Source: an uncultured Candidatus Saccharibacteria bacterium (lineage in GTDB: Bacteria > Patescibacteriota > Andersenbacteria > UBA10190). Taken from it: 64,000 nt of DNA. Position numbers and translations under genes: made by a program. The notes under the pieces are model-generated. The model worked only from the letters and a program-made list of their open reading frames with translations, had not been told where the DNA came from and did not search any database. Where the stretch lies: NCBI GenBank assembly GCA_964443125.1, contig CAYUBL010000001.1, forward strand, positions 16,094 to 80,093. Direction: 5' to 3'. This document shows positions 1 to 9,404 of the stretch, in pieces; within the stretch, counting starts at the first letter, position 1; each line of letters begins with the position of its first letter.

Positions 1-1
1 A

Positions 2-265
2 GCTATTGCTACATCTCGAAACATAAAGGCGCTCGTATGGCTCCCTGGTACGGCGACGGAGCGCATGAAAGCAACTGTGCTTCGCGCCGCATCGCTTCCT
101 TCATATGACGCGTCATCCATGCAAGAAGCCGTTGCGCTTGCCGCAAAACAGGCATCCGCCGGCGATATTGTCTTGCTTTCGCCGGGTGCGACGAGCTTCG
201 GGCTCTTTCTCCATGAGTTCGATCGGGGCTATGCATTCAATCGGGCAATAGAGGGTGTATACTAA
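2..265 (+). CDS. murD: UDP-N-acetylmuramoylalanine--D-glutamate ligase MurD, C-terminal fragment (5' end outside the window)
   Basis: The frame is open from the window edge. The tail ...DIVLLSPGATSFGLFLHEFDRGYAFNRAIEG matches the conserved MurD C-terminus (LLSPACASFDQF..ERG..F) and sits directly upstream of ftsW-murG-murC (dcw order). Confidence 0.75.
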   Translation, partial: AIATSRNIKALVWLPGTATERMKATVLRAASLPSYDASSMQEAVALAAKQASAGDIVLLSPGATSFGLFLHEFDRGYAFNRAIEGVY

Positions 266-272
266 GGAGGCT

Positions 273-1373
273 ATGCCTTCCGCGCCCAAGCACGCCGACT
301 CCGTCTTATTAATCACGATTTTCGCGCTTACCATCTTCGGGCTGATTATGGTAGGCTCGGCATCCTCCGTGATCGCCACCCGCTTTCAGGAAGATCCTTT
401 TTTCTTTCTCAAGCATCAATTAATCTACGGTATTACTTTTGGAGTTGTCGCATTTACTATCGGCTTGTTTACCCCCTACGCAAAACTCCGCAAGCTTGCC
501 GTGCCCGCAATCCTCATTGCGCTTATTCTTTTGATACTCGTGTTCGTTCCCGGCCTGCGCGTCGCATCCGGCGGCGCTACCCGTTGGATCGGAATCGGAT
601 CGTTCACGCTCCAGCCCAGCGAGCTCGCAAAGCTGGGATTTATCCTGTACCTGGCGGCATTGCTTGAACGGAAAAAAGAGGATATCCGAGACTTCAAGCA
701 AACGGTTGTTCCATTCCTTGTGATTGTTGCGGTAATCGGCTTTCTCATTATTCTTCAACCGGACATCGGAACGCTCTTTGTTATTACCGCAATCGGGCTA
801 TCCATGATTTTTTCTGCGGGATTTAAAATAAAGCATTTGGCGTTTATCGGGCTTGCCGGACTGGCTGTATTTTCCCTCCTTGTCAGCACAGCTCAGTACC
901 GCCTTGCCAGATTATTCGTGTACTTGCACCCGGAACTCGATCCGCAGGGAATCGGGTACCAAGTAAACCAAGCGCTGCTTGCAGTCGGCACCGGAGGACT
1001 GTGGGGGCTGGGGTTCGGCAGAAGCCGCCAAAAATACAATTATCTGCCAGAACCTGCCGGAGACACGATCTTTGCGGTGACCGCGGAAGAGCTCGGTTTT
1101 TTCCGCACGCTTCTTTTAATCGGCGCGTTTGCGCTCATCGCATACCGGGGATACGAAATTGCACGCAATGCGCCGGATATGTTCGGCCGCCTGCTCGCAA
1201 CGGGAATTACGTCATGGATCGTGGTGCAAGCGTTCGTGAATATGGCTTCCGTTCTTGCCATTACCCCGCTTACCGGAATTCCGCTCCCGTTTATCAGTTA
1301 TGGAGGATCCGCGCTTGCCGCGCTTTTCTTTGCATCGGGAGTGCTTTTAAATATTTCGCGATATACTAAATAA
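273..1373 (+). CDS. ftsW: SEDS-family peptidoglycan glycosyltransferase FtsW/RodA
   Basis: Polytopic membrane protein of about 366 aa with SEDS-like content. AAGGAGG at 264-270 lies just 5' of the ATG at 273 (an alternative GTG at 255 is the track start). Position between murD and murG. Confidence 0.8.
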   Translation: MPSAPKHADSVLLITIFALTIFGLIMVGSASSVIATRFQEDPFFFLKHQLIYGITFGVVAFTIGLFTPYAKLRKLAVPAILIALILLILVFVPGLRVASGGATRWIGIGSFTLQPSELAKLGFILYLAALLERKKEDIRDFKQTVVPFLVIVAVIGFLIILQPDIGTLFVITAIGLSMIFSAGFKIKHLAFIGLAGLAVFSLLVSTAQYRLARLFVYLHPELDPQGIGYQVNQALLAVGTGGLWGLGFGRSRQKYNYLPEPAGDTIFAVTAEELGFFRTLLLIGAFALIAYRGYEIARNAPDMFGRLLATGITSWIVVQAFVNMASVLAITPLTGIPLPFISYGGSALAALFFASGVLLNISRYTK

Positions 1374-1379
1374 ACCGTT

Positions 1380-2549
1380 ATGCGAATCGTACTTACCGGA
1401 GGGGGAACAGGAGGACACATCACTCCGTTCGAATCGATCATCGAACACCTGCGCATGGTGCATGCGAAAGAAAAAGGCAACTTGCCGAAGTTCCTCGATC
1501 CAGAAACGATTGAAATCTCGTTCATGGGTCCGCTTACGCCGGAGGGGCAAGAGATGTTCTCGTCATACCACATCCCCGCTATCCATATTCCGTCAGGGAA
1601 GATGCGGCGTTACGCTTCGCCGCTTACCATTATCGACATGCTATTCCGGCTGCCGTACGGCATTCTTCGCGGGCTGGCAATACTGTGGCGCATTATGCCC
1701 GATGTCGTCATCAGCAAAGGCGGATACGGGAACATTCCTGCTATTATTGCCGCCATCGTATATCGCATTCCGATCGTCATTCACGAATCAGACGTCGTAC
1801 CCGGCGCTTCAAACCGGTTTACCATGCGCTTTGCTGCGGCCATTACGCTCGGATTCGCCGTATCCCGAGAATATATCAGCGAGTGGAAACACAAGCTGTT
1901 CGTAACCGGTACTCCTGTCCGAGTGAGCTCGACCACTACGAATAAAAACGGGGCAAAGGCAACATTCCACATTCCGGAATCAGAACCGCTCATTCTGGTT
2001 ATGGGCGGAAGCCAAGGGGCGCAGCAAATCAATGAAGCGCTGCTTCCGGCCCTTCCCGAGCTGATTGAAAAAATGGCGATTGTACATATCGCCGGTCCGC
2101 GACAGTTTGAAGCGGTCCAGAAACTCGCATCAGAACTGCTGGCGAGCAGCTCTCGCAAAGCATTGTATAAAGTATTTCCATATGTGCAGAACAACATGAC
2201 TGCCGCGCTTCTTGCATGCGATGCTGCGGTGACACGAGCGGGTGCCAGCAGTCTTGCTGAAATTGCGCGATTTCGCATTCCTGCTCTCATTATCCCGCTC
2301 GCATCCGCCGCAAACGATCATCAGCGCAAAAACGCTTTGGCATTTGAAGCGGCTGGAGGAGCGCTTGTACTGGACCCCGACAATGTAAGTCCGAACTTGC
2401 TCAAGCAAAGCATCCTTCGGCTTATCTCAGACGCATCGCTGCAAGAGACACTCAAGAAAAACCTTGCCGCACTCGACTTTCCCAATGCCGCGCAAGATAT
2501 CGCCGCGCTATCTATAAAAATTGCCAGCGGCCTGCGCCCCTCCGTATGA
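1380..2549 (+). CDS. murG: Undecaprenyl-PP-MurNAc-pentapeptide GlcNAc transferase MurG
   Basis: N-terminal MRIVLTGGGTGGHITP motif, GT28 C-terminal domain (GGSQGA...), dcw context. Confidence 0.9.
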   Translation: MRIVLTGGGTGGHITPFESIIEHLRMVHAKEKGNLPKFLDPETIEISFMGPLTPEGQEMFSSYHIPAIHIPSGKMRRYASPLTIIDMLFRLPYGILRGLAILWRIMPDVVISKGGYGNIPAIIAAIVYRIPIVIHESDVVPGASNRFTMRFAAAITLGFAVSREYISEWKHKLFVTGTPVRVSSTTTNKNGAKATFHIPESEPLILVMGGSQGAQQINEALLPALPELIEKMAIVHIAGPRQFEAVQKLASELLASSSRKALYKVFPYVQNNMTAALLACDAAVTRAGASSLAEIARFRIPALIIPLASAANDHQRKNALAFEAAGGALVLDPDNVSPNLLKQSILRLISDASLQETLKKNLAALDFPNAAQDIAALSIKIASGLRPSV

Positions 2550-3772
2550 ACCGGGTACTGTTTCTCGGCGCGGGGGGAACAGGCATGCAAGGACTTGCGT
2601 ATTTGTTCCGTGAAAAAGGAGATGCGGTACTTCTTACCGACGATAACCCCGAGTTTCCCGGCTTGAGCCAAGAGGAAGCCGCGGCGCATCTTCAGGACAT
2701 TTCGCTCATGGTGTACACCGATGCGGCTCCTGAAACGCACGAACTTCGCCGACTGGCTCGAGAAAAATCCGTCCGGCAAATCCCATATCACGAAGCGCTC
2801 GGCGAATTCTCGCGCGCATATACGACCATTGCCGTCACCGGAACGCACGGAAAATCTTCCACCACCGCATTCCTTGCGCATATGTGCATTGAAGCGGGCA
2901 TCGACCCGACCGTATTGGTGGGAGCCCGCATGCCTTCGCTTCCTGGAGGACACGCACGGCTGGGCAAAAGCAAATATTTTATCGTAGAAGCGGACGAATA
3001 CCGCCAGCATTTTCTTCCTCTTGCTCCTGCGCACGCCATTATTACCAGTATCGACTTCGATCATCCGGATGCATTCACTTCGCTCGTCGATGTAGAGCTG
3101 GCGTACAGCGAGTTTCTTGCCCGTGTTGCGTCCGGAGGAACAGTTGCGGTTCCGAGGCATGAATACGAAAACCACCCCGGCATTTCTTGGCCGCACGGCA
3201 CCGACCCCGTAGAGCTCACCCTTGCCGCGCCGCTCCCCGGAGCGCATATGGCGGTCAATGCCGGCTTGGCTGCTCGTATTGCAGCCGTGATCGGTATCCC
3301 GCAAGAACAAGCACGTGTCTCCTTGCAAACTTTTCCGGGACTTGAGCGACGATTTGAATACATCGGAACGGTGCGCGGATGCGACATTCGCTCCGATTAT
3401 GGCCACCATCCTGCCGAACTTCGTGCGACCATCTCCGGCGCCCGCACTGCATACCCGGGTAAACGGCTCGCCGTGCTATTCGAAGCCCATATGCCGCTTC
3501 GGCTGCGAACGTTTTTTGATGAATTTGCGGCAGCCCTTTCGCTTGCGGACAGCATTGCCATCACACCTCCGTTCGCGCCGGCAGGCAGGGATGAAAGCGG
3601 CAGAGAAGATGCGCGGCGCCTGGTAAATACGCTCAAAAACGAAGGGAAAGACGCGCAATACGTTGAAGACGTGGATGCGTATCTCTCCCAAGGCCTTTCC
3701 GCGGATATTCTCCTCTTTTTTAGCGCCGGGCCGCTGGATTCGTTGATCCGAAAAACTGTCAAAAAGGGCTGA
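2546..3772 (+). CDS. murC: UDP-N-acetylmuramate--L-alanine ligase MurC
   Basis: Mur ligase P-loop VTGTHGKSSTTAF. ATGA overlap with the murG stop (translational coupling). Confidence 0.85.
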   Translation: MNRVLFLGAGGTGMQGLAYLFREKGDAVLLTDDNPEFPGLSQEEAAAHLQDISLMVYTDAAPETHELRRLAREKSVRQIPYHEALGEFSRAYTTIAVTGTHGKSSTTAFLAHMCIEAGIDPTVLVGARMPSLPGGHARLGKSKYFIVEADEYRQHFLPLAPAHAIITSIDFDHPDAFTSLVDVELAYSEFLARVASGGTVAVPRHEYENHPGISWPHGTDPVELTLAAPLPGAHMAVNAGLAARIAAVIGIPQEQARVSLQTFPGLERRFEYIGTVRGCDIRSDYGHHPAELRATISGARTAYPGKRLAVLFEAHMPLRLRTFFDEFAAALSLADSIAITPPFAPAGRDESGREDARRLVNTLKNEGKDAQYVEDVDAYLSQGLSADILLFFSAGPLDSLIRKTVKKG

Positions 3773-3891
3773 CAAAAAATAGATTTATCCAGAGTGGACA
3801 AAAATCAATAAGTCTCGTACGATAATTGGTCATATTTGCATATTGTGCATCATATTTGACAATATTTAATTCATATGCTAAAAAGGTATAT

Positions 3892-4965
3892 ATGAACCAA
3901 GAAACTGCGCACCAAGAATCGCAAACTGCAGTCCAAGACAAGCAAACAGTCAATTTTGCGCTTCTTACCGACGCCGCGCTTCAGGCGCTTGATGCACGCT
4001 CCCGGGATATCATTACCCGCCGATTTGGCATTGGAAAAGAGGAGAAAGAAACGCTGGAAAGCATCGGAAAAGAATACGGCATTACCCGAGAACGGGTGCG
4101 CCAAATCGAGTCAAATGCAAAGAAGGAGCTTACATCGATGCGGGATTCTTTCCAAAGCATCGAAGGGCTTTTGGTGGATATTTTCCGCCAGCATGGAGGC
4201 TTGATGGCGGAAAACCATGTGGTTTCCGAAGTGGAATCTCGCGTAGGCGATGAGATTTCCGCGCATGTCATTCATTTCTATCTGACGATTATTCCCGTAT
4301 TCTCTCTGCACCAGCCCAATGCGATGTTCGAGGCTCACTGGAAGCACGAAGCATCCCTCCATGGCAAAGAAGAGCAAATCGTACTCACCGCCATGGAAAC
4401 GCTGAAAGAAAAATCCCAGCCGATGCAGCTCTCGGATTTGATTTCTGAAATCAAGAAAACGATCGGCGAGGATGTTACCGACGCATACATTCATGCTGCG
4501 CTCGCCGCAAGCAAGAATATCGCCAAGACTGCATTTGGAGATTGGGGCCTTATCGGATGGGCAGAAACGTCTCCTCGGGGCGTAGGCGACAAGGCATTTG
4601 CCGTACTTCGCCGCAATAATGCCCCTGCGCATTTTCGGGATATTACGACCATGATCAATGCCGCAAATTTCGACCATAAGAAAGCAAATCCGCAAACCGT
4701 ACACAACGAACTTATTAAAGACGGTAGATTCGTCCTGGTGGGACGCGGCCTCTACGGGCTCAAAGAATGGGGATACGTCGCCGGAACGGTTGCCGATGTA
4801 TTGGAATCCATTTTGAAAAAATCGACTCGGCCGATGAAAAAGCAAGAACTGGTAGAAGAAGTTCTCAAGCAGCGCATGGTAAAAAAGAATACGATTCTGC
4901 TCTCGCTGCAGAATACAGCCCGCTTCGAACGCACAGACAAAGATCTGTACACGCTGCGCGCATAA
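3892..4965 (+). CDS. Protein with an N-terminal sigma-70 region-4 (HTH) domain and a roughly 280-aa uncharacterised C-terminal region
   Basis: Residues about 20-75 (LTDAALQALDARSRDIITRRFGIGKEEKETLESIGKEYGITRERVRQIESNAKKEL) are a canonical sigma-70 r4.2 HTH. No region 2/3 was recognised. AT-rich 116-bp intergenic region upstream with TTGACA-like elements. Start taken as MNQETAHQ. Confidence 0.6.
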   Translation: MNQETAHQESQTAVQDKQTVNFALLTDAALQALDARSRDIITRRFGIGKEEKETLESIGKEYGITRERVRQIESNAKKELTSMRDSFQSIEGLLVDIFRQHGGLMAENHVVSEVESRVGDEISAHVIHFYLTIIPVFSLHQPNAMFEAHWKHEASLHGKEEQIVLTAMETLKEKSQPMQLSDLISEIKKTIGEDVTDAYIHAALAASKNIAKTAFGDWGLIGWAETSPRGVGDKAFAVLRRNNAPAHFRDITTMINAANFDHKKANPQTVHNELIKDGRFVLVGRGLYGLKEWGYVAGTVADVLESILKKSTRPMKKQELVEEVLKQRMVKKNTILLSLQNTARFERTDKDLYTLRA

Positions 4966-4997
4966 CCAACCGTTTTGCGGTACAATGATGGAAGCAT

Positions 4998-6275
4998 ATG
5001 CTTTTGCTTCCTGACATCGTGGCCGCTCTGGCCCCCCAACTGATGACGATCGGGTGGCTTATTGTCGTATGGCTCATTCTCCTTGTTGCATGGAAGACAT
5101 ACATGCTCATGAAAATGATCGACTACATCAGCACGATCGAATGGACGCATCTGCAAGTCACGCTGCCGGAAGATACCGAAGAGACGCCCAAGTCCATGGA
5201 GGTCGTCTACGAAGTCATGGGCGGCATGCATAAAAATCCGGATTTCAATGAACTTTATTTCGACGGATATCTGGAGCCTTGGGTGAGTTTTGAGATGTAC
5301 TTTACCCCCAACAGCGTGCGCTATGTCATGGTAGTGCCCACCGCGCACCGCCGGCTCTTCGAAAGCGTCGTGTACGCCCAGTACCCGAAAGCAAATATTC
5401 AGGAAGTGGAAGATCAATCACTGCGATACGATTGGCATGATCTGCGGAAGAAGTACGAGATGTATGGAACAGAAATAACGCTCGCAGAAGATGACATTCT
5501 GCCCATTCGAACGTATCGCGAATTCGAAGCTACTCTTGCAGAACGAATTCCGTTTGTAGACCCGCATCAAATCATGATCGAAACGCTTACCAACGTGGAG
5601 CCGGGCGAGGAGTTCTGGATCCAGATCTTAGTCCGCCCCATGGATGGCAAAGCAATTAAGAAATGGGAAAAGAACGGAGAAAAGAAAGTTGCGGAAATAT
5701 CCGGCCAAGCCAAAAAGGAAAAGCCCGGCATGTGGGAAAAATTCCGCGATATTGTATTTGCGCTTCCCGGAGAACTGCTGACAGCGATATTCAAAGGCCC
5801 AATTACCGTTGAAAGCGAAAAAGAAGAGAAAGTGCTTCGGTTTTTCAATCCCGTAGACGAGGCGAAGATGAAAGCAATTCTCCAGAAAACATCCGTAAAC
5901 GGGTATAAGGTAAAGATCCGCGCCCTGCATATCGCTCCGGTGGGGCAGCTCAAGAAGCCGAATATCGGACGCCTCATCGGCGTATTCAAACAATTTGCGA
6001 CATTCCATTTAAATCATCTTTACCCAGACTCGACTACAAAGACGAACGGTCCTAATTTTATTATGAGAGACAGGCGCCGCCTGTGGCGAGAGAAAACGAT
6101 TCTCCAAAACTTCCAATGGCGCGACTTTTTCGGGCGGGATTCCGGATATGTCTTAAATGCGGAAGAACTTGCGACGTTGTATCATTTCCCTGTGAAGTAC
6201 GTATCGGCTCCGAGCGTTGCGCGGGCGAAGGCAGGCAAGCAGACGCCTCCTCCGAATTTGCCGTATGTATCCTAG
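4998..6275 (+). CDS. Hypothetical membrane-anchored protein (two N-terminal TM helices plus a large soluble domain); first gene of a pair with the downstream ATPase
   Basis: Hydrophobic N-terminus (IVAALAPQLMTIGWLIVVWLILLVAW), then a 380-aa charged domain. A 6-nt gap separates it from the next gene. Confidence 0.55.
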   Translation: MLLLPDIVAALAPQLMTIGWLIVVWLILLVAWKTYMLMKMIDYISTIEWTHLQVTLPEDTEETPKSMEVVYEVMGGMHKNPDFNELYFDGYLEPWVSFEMYFTPNSVRYVMVVPTAHRRLFESVVYAQYPKANIQEVEDQSLRYDWHDLRKKYEMYGTEITLAEDDILPIRTYREFEATLAERIPFVDPHQIMIETLTNVEPGEEFWIQILVRPMDGKAIKKWEKNGEKKVAEISGQAKKEKPGMWEKFRDIVFALPGELLTAIFKGPITVESEKEEKVLRFFNPVDEAKMKAILQKTSVNGYKVKIRALHIAPVGQLKKPNIGRLIGVFKQFATFHLNHLYPDSTTKTNGPNFIMRDRRRLWREKTILQNFQWRDFFGRDSGYVLNAEELATLYHFPVKYVSAPSVARAKAGKQTPPPNLPYVS

Positions 6276-6281
6276 CTTCCT

Positions 6282-7994
6282 ATGGATAGCGAAGAAATAA
6301 CCGTTATCGGCCAGACGAATTTCCGGAACCAGCGCAGGGCATTCGGCATTTACCCCGATGACCGCAGGCGCCACGTGTATGTGATCGGAAAAACCGGCGT
6401 AGGAAAAACAACCCTCCTCGAAAACATGATCATTCAAGACATCAAGAACGGCAAAGGGTTGGCGCTTGTCGATCCGCACGGCGACGTGGCGGAAAAAATC
6501 CTCGATATCATCCCGCCGGAACGCACCAACGACGTCGTATACTTCGACCCGGCAGACGTTGATTTTCCGGTTGCGTTTAACCCGCTGGAAGCCGTAAATC
6601 CGCAATACAAATATCTCGTCGCATCAGGACTGGTCAGCTCGCTCAAGAAAATATGGGCGGATTCTTGGGGGCCTCGCCTGGAGTATATCTTGCGGAATGT
6701 CATTTTGGCGCTTCTCGACTATCCGTCCAGCACCATGCTGGGAATCATGCGGATGCTCGCGGACAAGGCATACCGGAAGAAAGTTGTGGATACCATCCAA
6801 GACCCCGTCGTGAGAGCATTCTGGACGAACGAATTTGCCAACTACAACGAGCGATTCCGCAGCGAGGCCATTTCTCCCATTCAAAACAAAGTCGGGCAGT
6901 TTTTGAGCTCATCGATTATCCGTAATATCGTCGCCCAGCCCAAGAGCACCATCGACATGCAAGATATCATGGATAACGGAAAGATTTTGCTCATCAACGT
7001 ATCGAAGGGGAGAATCGGAGAAGACAATTCCGCACTCTTGGGCGCCATGCTCATCACCAAGCTTCAACTGGCAGCCATGGACCGCGCAAGCATTCCCGAA
7101 GAGGAGCGGCGAGATTTTTATCTGTACGTAGACGAATTCCAAAACTTCGCGACGGAGTCGTTCGCGACCATTTTGTCTGAAGCCAGAAAATACCGCCTCA
7201 ATCTTATCATTGCGCACCAATATATCACCCAGATGGAAGAAGTGGTCCGCGATGCCGTTTTTGGGAACGTAGGGACCCTCATTTCATTCCGAGTGGGCGC
7301 GTTCGATGCAGAGTACCTGGAAAAAGAATTCGCTCCCTATTTTACCCAGACCGATTTGGTAAATCTCGATAAGTACAACGCCTACATCAAGCTCATGATC
7401 CGCGGAGTAACGAGCGCTCCGTTTTCCATGGAAACCATTCCTCCCGTCTCCGAAACCTATCACAGCAGAGAGAAGGTCATTGCAGTATCGCGCGAGCGAT
7501 ACGGAAACAGGCGGGAAGTCATCGAAGAGAAAATTGCACGATGGAGCGGGGTAGCATTCCAAGCGGAGGCGGAAGAAATCGCGAAAGAAAACCAGCGGCT
7601 CGGACGACAGCTTCCATCCGATGCCCGCCCTCAACAGCAAAGGCAGCCAAAACCGGAAGAGTTGGAAGATATTGTTCTTGCGCCGAAAAAAGAAGAAATG
7701 ATTACGGACTTGTCAGCGCTGCTTGGAAAGAAGGATACTCCTCCTAGTTCATCGCGTGAACAAACCTCCTCTACCCCCTCCCCGCCATTACAGCCGGCAG
7801 GATTTGTAAGGAAGGGAAAGTCGCCCGAACTTTTCGACGCTATCTGTTCCAATTGCGGCAAGCAAACCCAAGTACCCTTCAACCCGGATCCGGAAAAAGA
7901 CGTGTTCTGCAAAGAATGTTACGAAAAGCGCAAAGCGGAGAAGAAAACACTTGCACCAAAGCGCTTCACCGGCCCGCGCCCGCCAAAACTATAG
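6282..7994 (+). CDS. TraD/VirD4/HerA-like P-loop ATPase (type IV coupling-protein-like) with a C-terminal Cys4 zinc ribbon
   Basis: Walker A YVIGKTGVGKTTLL followed by ALVDPHGD, and a Walker B-like LYVDEFQNF, as in TraD/TrwB/HerA-family DNA translocases. The C-terminus carries CSNCGKQ-x15-FCKECY. Confidence 0.65.
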   Translation: MDSEEITVIGQTNFRNQRRAFGIYPDDRRRHVYVIGKTGVGKTTLLENMIIQDIKNGKGLALVDPHGDVAEKILDIIPPERTNDVVYFDPADVDFPVAFNPLEAVNPQYKYLVASGLVSSLKKIWADSWGPRLEYILRNVILALLDYPSSTMLGIMRMLADKAYRKKVVDTIQDPVVRAFWTNEFANYNERFRSEAISPIQNKVGQFLSSSIIRNIVAQPKSTIDMQDIMDNGKILLINVSKGRIGEDNSALLGAMLITKLQLAAMDRASIPEEERRDFYLYVDEFQNFATESFATILSEARKYRLNLIIAHQYITQMEEVVRDAVFGNVGTLISFRVGAFDAEYLEKEFAPYFTQTDLVNLDKYNAYIKLMIRGVTSAPFSMETIPPVSETYHSREKVIAVSRERYGNRREVIEEKIARWSGVAFQAEAEEIAKENQRLGRQLPSDARPQQQRQPKPEELEDIVLAPKKEEMITDLSALLGKKDTPPSSSREQTSSTPSPPLQPAGFVRKGKSPELFDAICSNCGKQTQVPFNPDPEKDVFCKECYEKRKAEKKTLAPKRFTGPRPPKL

Positions 7995-8038
7995 CGAAAC
8001 GCTACAGGCGAACAGCTAATTCGTGCTACAATACTTCC

Positions 8039-8728
8039 ATGCGCTACGACAAATCGGAAAGCAAGAAGATGCCGATCGACAAGCCGTTCGATTTCCACGA
8101 AGACGCAAACTGGAGAATATTCCGCATCATGTCGGAATTCATCGATGGATTCGAGTTCTTATATCCGCTCCGAAAAGAAGTAACATTTTTTGGATCCGCC
8201 CGGTTCCCCGAAGGGCACAAATGGTATGAAGAATCCCGCAAACTCGGCCGCATCCTCGCGGAAAATCAATTCACGGTCATAACGGGCGGCGGTCCCGGCA
8301 TCATGGAAGGCGGCAATCGAGGCGCATACGAAGGCGGCGGAAACTCCATTGGGCTCGACATCGAATTGCCAACTGAGCAACGGCGCAATGCATACGTGAA
8401 GAAGGGGATCGGATTCCATTATTTCTTCACTCGCAAAGTCATGCTTTCCGCGTCCGCCCAAGCATACGTATTTTTTCCCGGCGGGTTCGGTACGCTCGAT
8501 GAATTTTTTGAAATGATAACCCTCATCCAAACGGGCAAGATGATTCCCGTCCCCATCGTTTGCATGAGCAAGCATTTCTGGACTCCGCTGGATAGCTGGA
8601 TTCGGTCGCATCTATTGCAGGAGTACCAGGCAATTTCTCCGGAAGATCTTGACCTGTATACGATTGTCGATACGGCGGAAGACGCGTTCGATATCATTAA
8701 AGACTCAAAAGAGCGGAAATACTTTTAG
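8039..8728 (+). CDS. LOG-family protein (cytokinin riboside 5'-monophosphate phosphoribohydrolase-like; TIGR00730 Rossmann fold)
   Basis: Motifs VITGGGPGIMEGGNRGA and FFPGGFGTLDEFFEMITLIQTGK. Start taken as MRYDKSE. Confidence 0.8.
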   Translation: MRYDKSESKKMPIDKPFDFHEDANWRIFRIMSEFIDGFEFLYPLRKEVTFFGSARFPEGHKWYEESRKLGRILAENQFTVITGGGPGIMEGGNRGAYEGGGNSIGLDIELPTEQRRNAYVKKGIGFHYFFTRKVMLSASAQAYVFFPGGFGTLDEFFEMITLIQTGKMIPVPIVCMSKHFWTPLDSWIRSHLLQEYQAISPEDLDLYTIVDTAEDAFDIIKDSKERKYF

Positions 8729-8752
8729 GCGGCATCCGAGCGTCAGGTTTTT

Positions 8753-9370
8753 TTGACTAAACGCGACGAAATCATTCTTGACCATGCTGCATATGCTATT
8801 CATAGTAAAAGCATGAATGGAGCGTTTACCCATCGGCTTCGCCATCGCGCAAACCGGGAAACCGTAGAAAAACTGCTTCGTACATGGCCTGCAAATTCGC
8901 GAAAACTCGCAAACGAGATGATACATACCTACGGCATGCCATACGAAGCAACTGACACTTTGCTTATCTGGCATTACAACGGTCCCTGGAAGCGCACGGT
9001 GGTCCACCGCAATGGCGTACAGCACAAGGTTCCGCACAATCATACCGATTTGCTTGAACAAACCGTGGATGCAAAGGTGCGTCCTGAGATGTTTTCCGAA
9101 GTCGCAAAGTTCGACGGAAGCATCATTATCGACAAGACAAGAGGGGAAATGACGGCATTCTGTGAAAGCGAGCGGGCAAATACGCTTTTGCTCAACCTTG
9201 CGCACGACATCTGTATCGGCAATAAAACCGCGCAAGAAGCGCGAGCGGAGCTCTTGAGATCTTCGGGTTTTTTCTACTCTCAGCTGCCCAATCCCTATCG
9301 GGAATCTCTCTTGTTCACATCTACCGTGGAAACAAATAATCCGGACATGGTTACGGCCGAGCCGAATTGA
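8753..9370 (+). CDS. Hypothetical protein
   Basis: 205-aa ORF co-directional with its neighbours. A competing 224-aa antisense ORF (8705-9379) is Cys/Arg-rich and less protein-like. No family recognised. Confidence 0.4.
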   Translation: MTKRDEIILDHAAYAIHSKSMNGAFTHRLRHRANRETVEKLLRTWPANSRKLANEMIHTYGMPYEATDTLLIWHYNGPWKRTVVHRNGVQHKVPHNHTDLLEQTVDAKVRPEMFSEVAKFDGSIIIDKTRGEMTAFCESERANTLLLNLAHDICIGNKTAQEARAELLRSSGFFYSQLPNPYRESLLFTSTVETNNPDMVTAEPN

Positions 9371-9404
9371 AATATTCATCCCTACCGAGTACCTTTAAGA
9401 GCGT

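Noticed and set aside
255-272. GTG at 255 as the ftsW start (the ORF-track start)
   Set aside because: The AAGGAGG RBS at 264-270 and the murD stop at 263-265 favour the ATG at 273. The GTG would need an RBS inside the murD coding end and has none.
2321-3409. 362-aa antisense ORF inside murC, one of many long antisense or alternate-frame ORFs (others at 15213-16031, 21794-22765, 33970-35367, 36285-37229, 39991-40833, 41653-42567, 18102-18893)
   Set aside because: High-GC genomes produce long stop-free shadow frames. These overlap well-supported conserved genes (murC, rpoA, secA, mreBCD, mrdA, serS/ftsQ, GT-C), have Arg/Cys/Ser-rich compositions, and have no RBS or family resemblance.
9371-9404. 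T-box or riboswitch leaders upstream of the aminoacyl-tRNA synthetase genes (alaS, proS, lysS, serS)
   Set aside because: The intergenic spaces are only 4-35 nt, too short for T-box or other leader RNAs.
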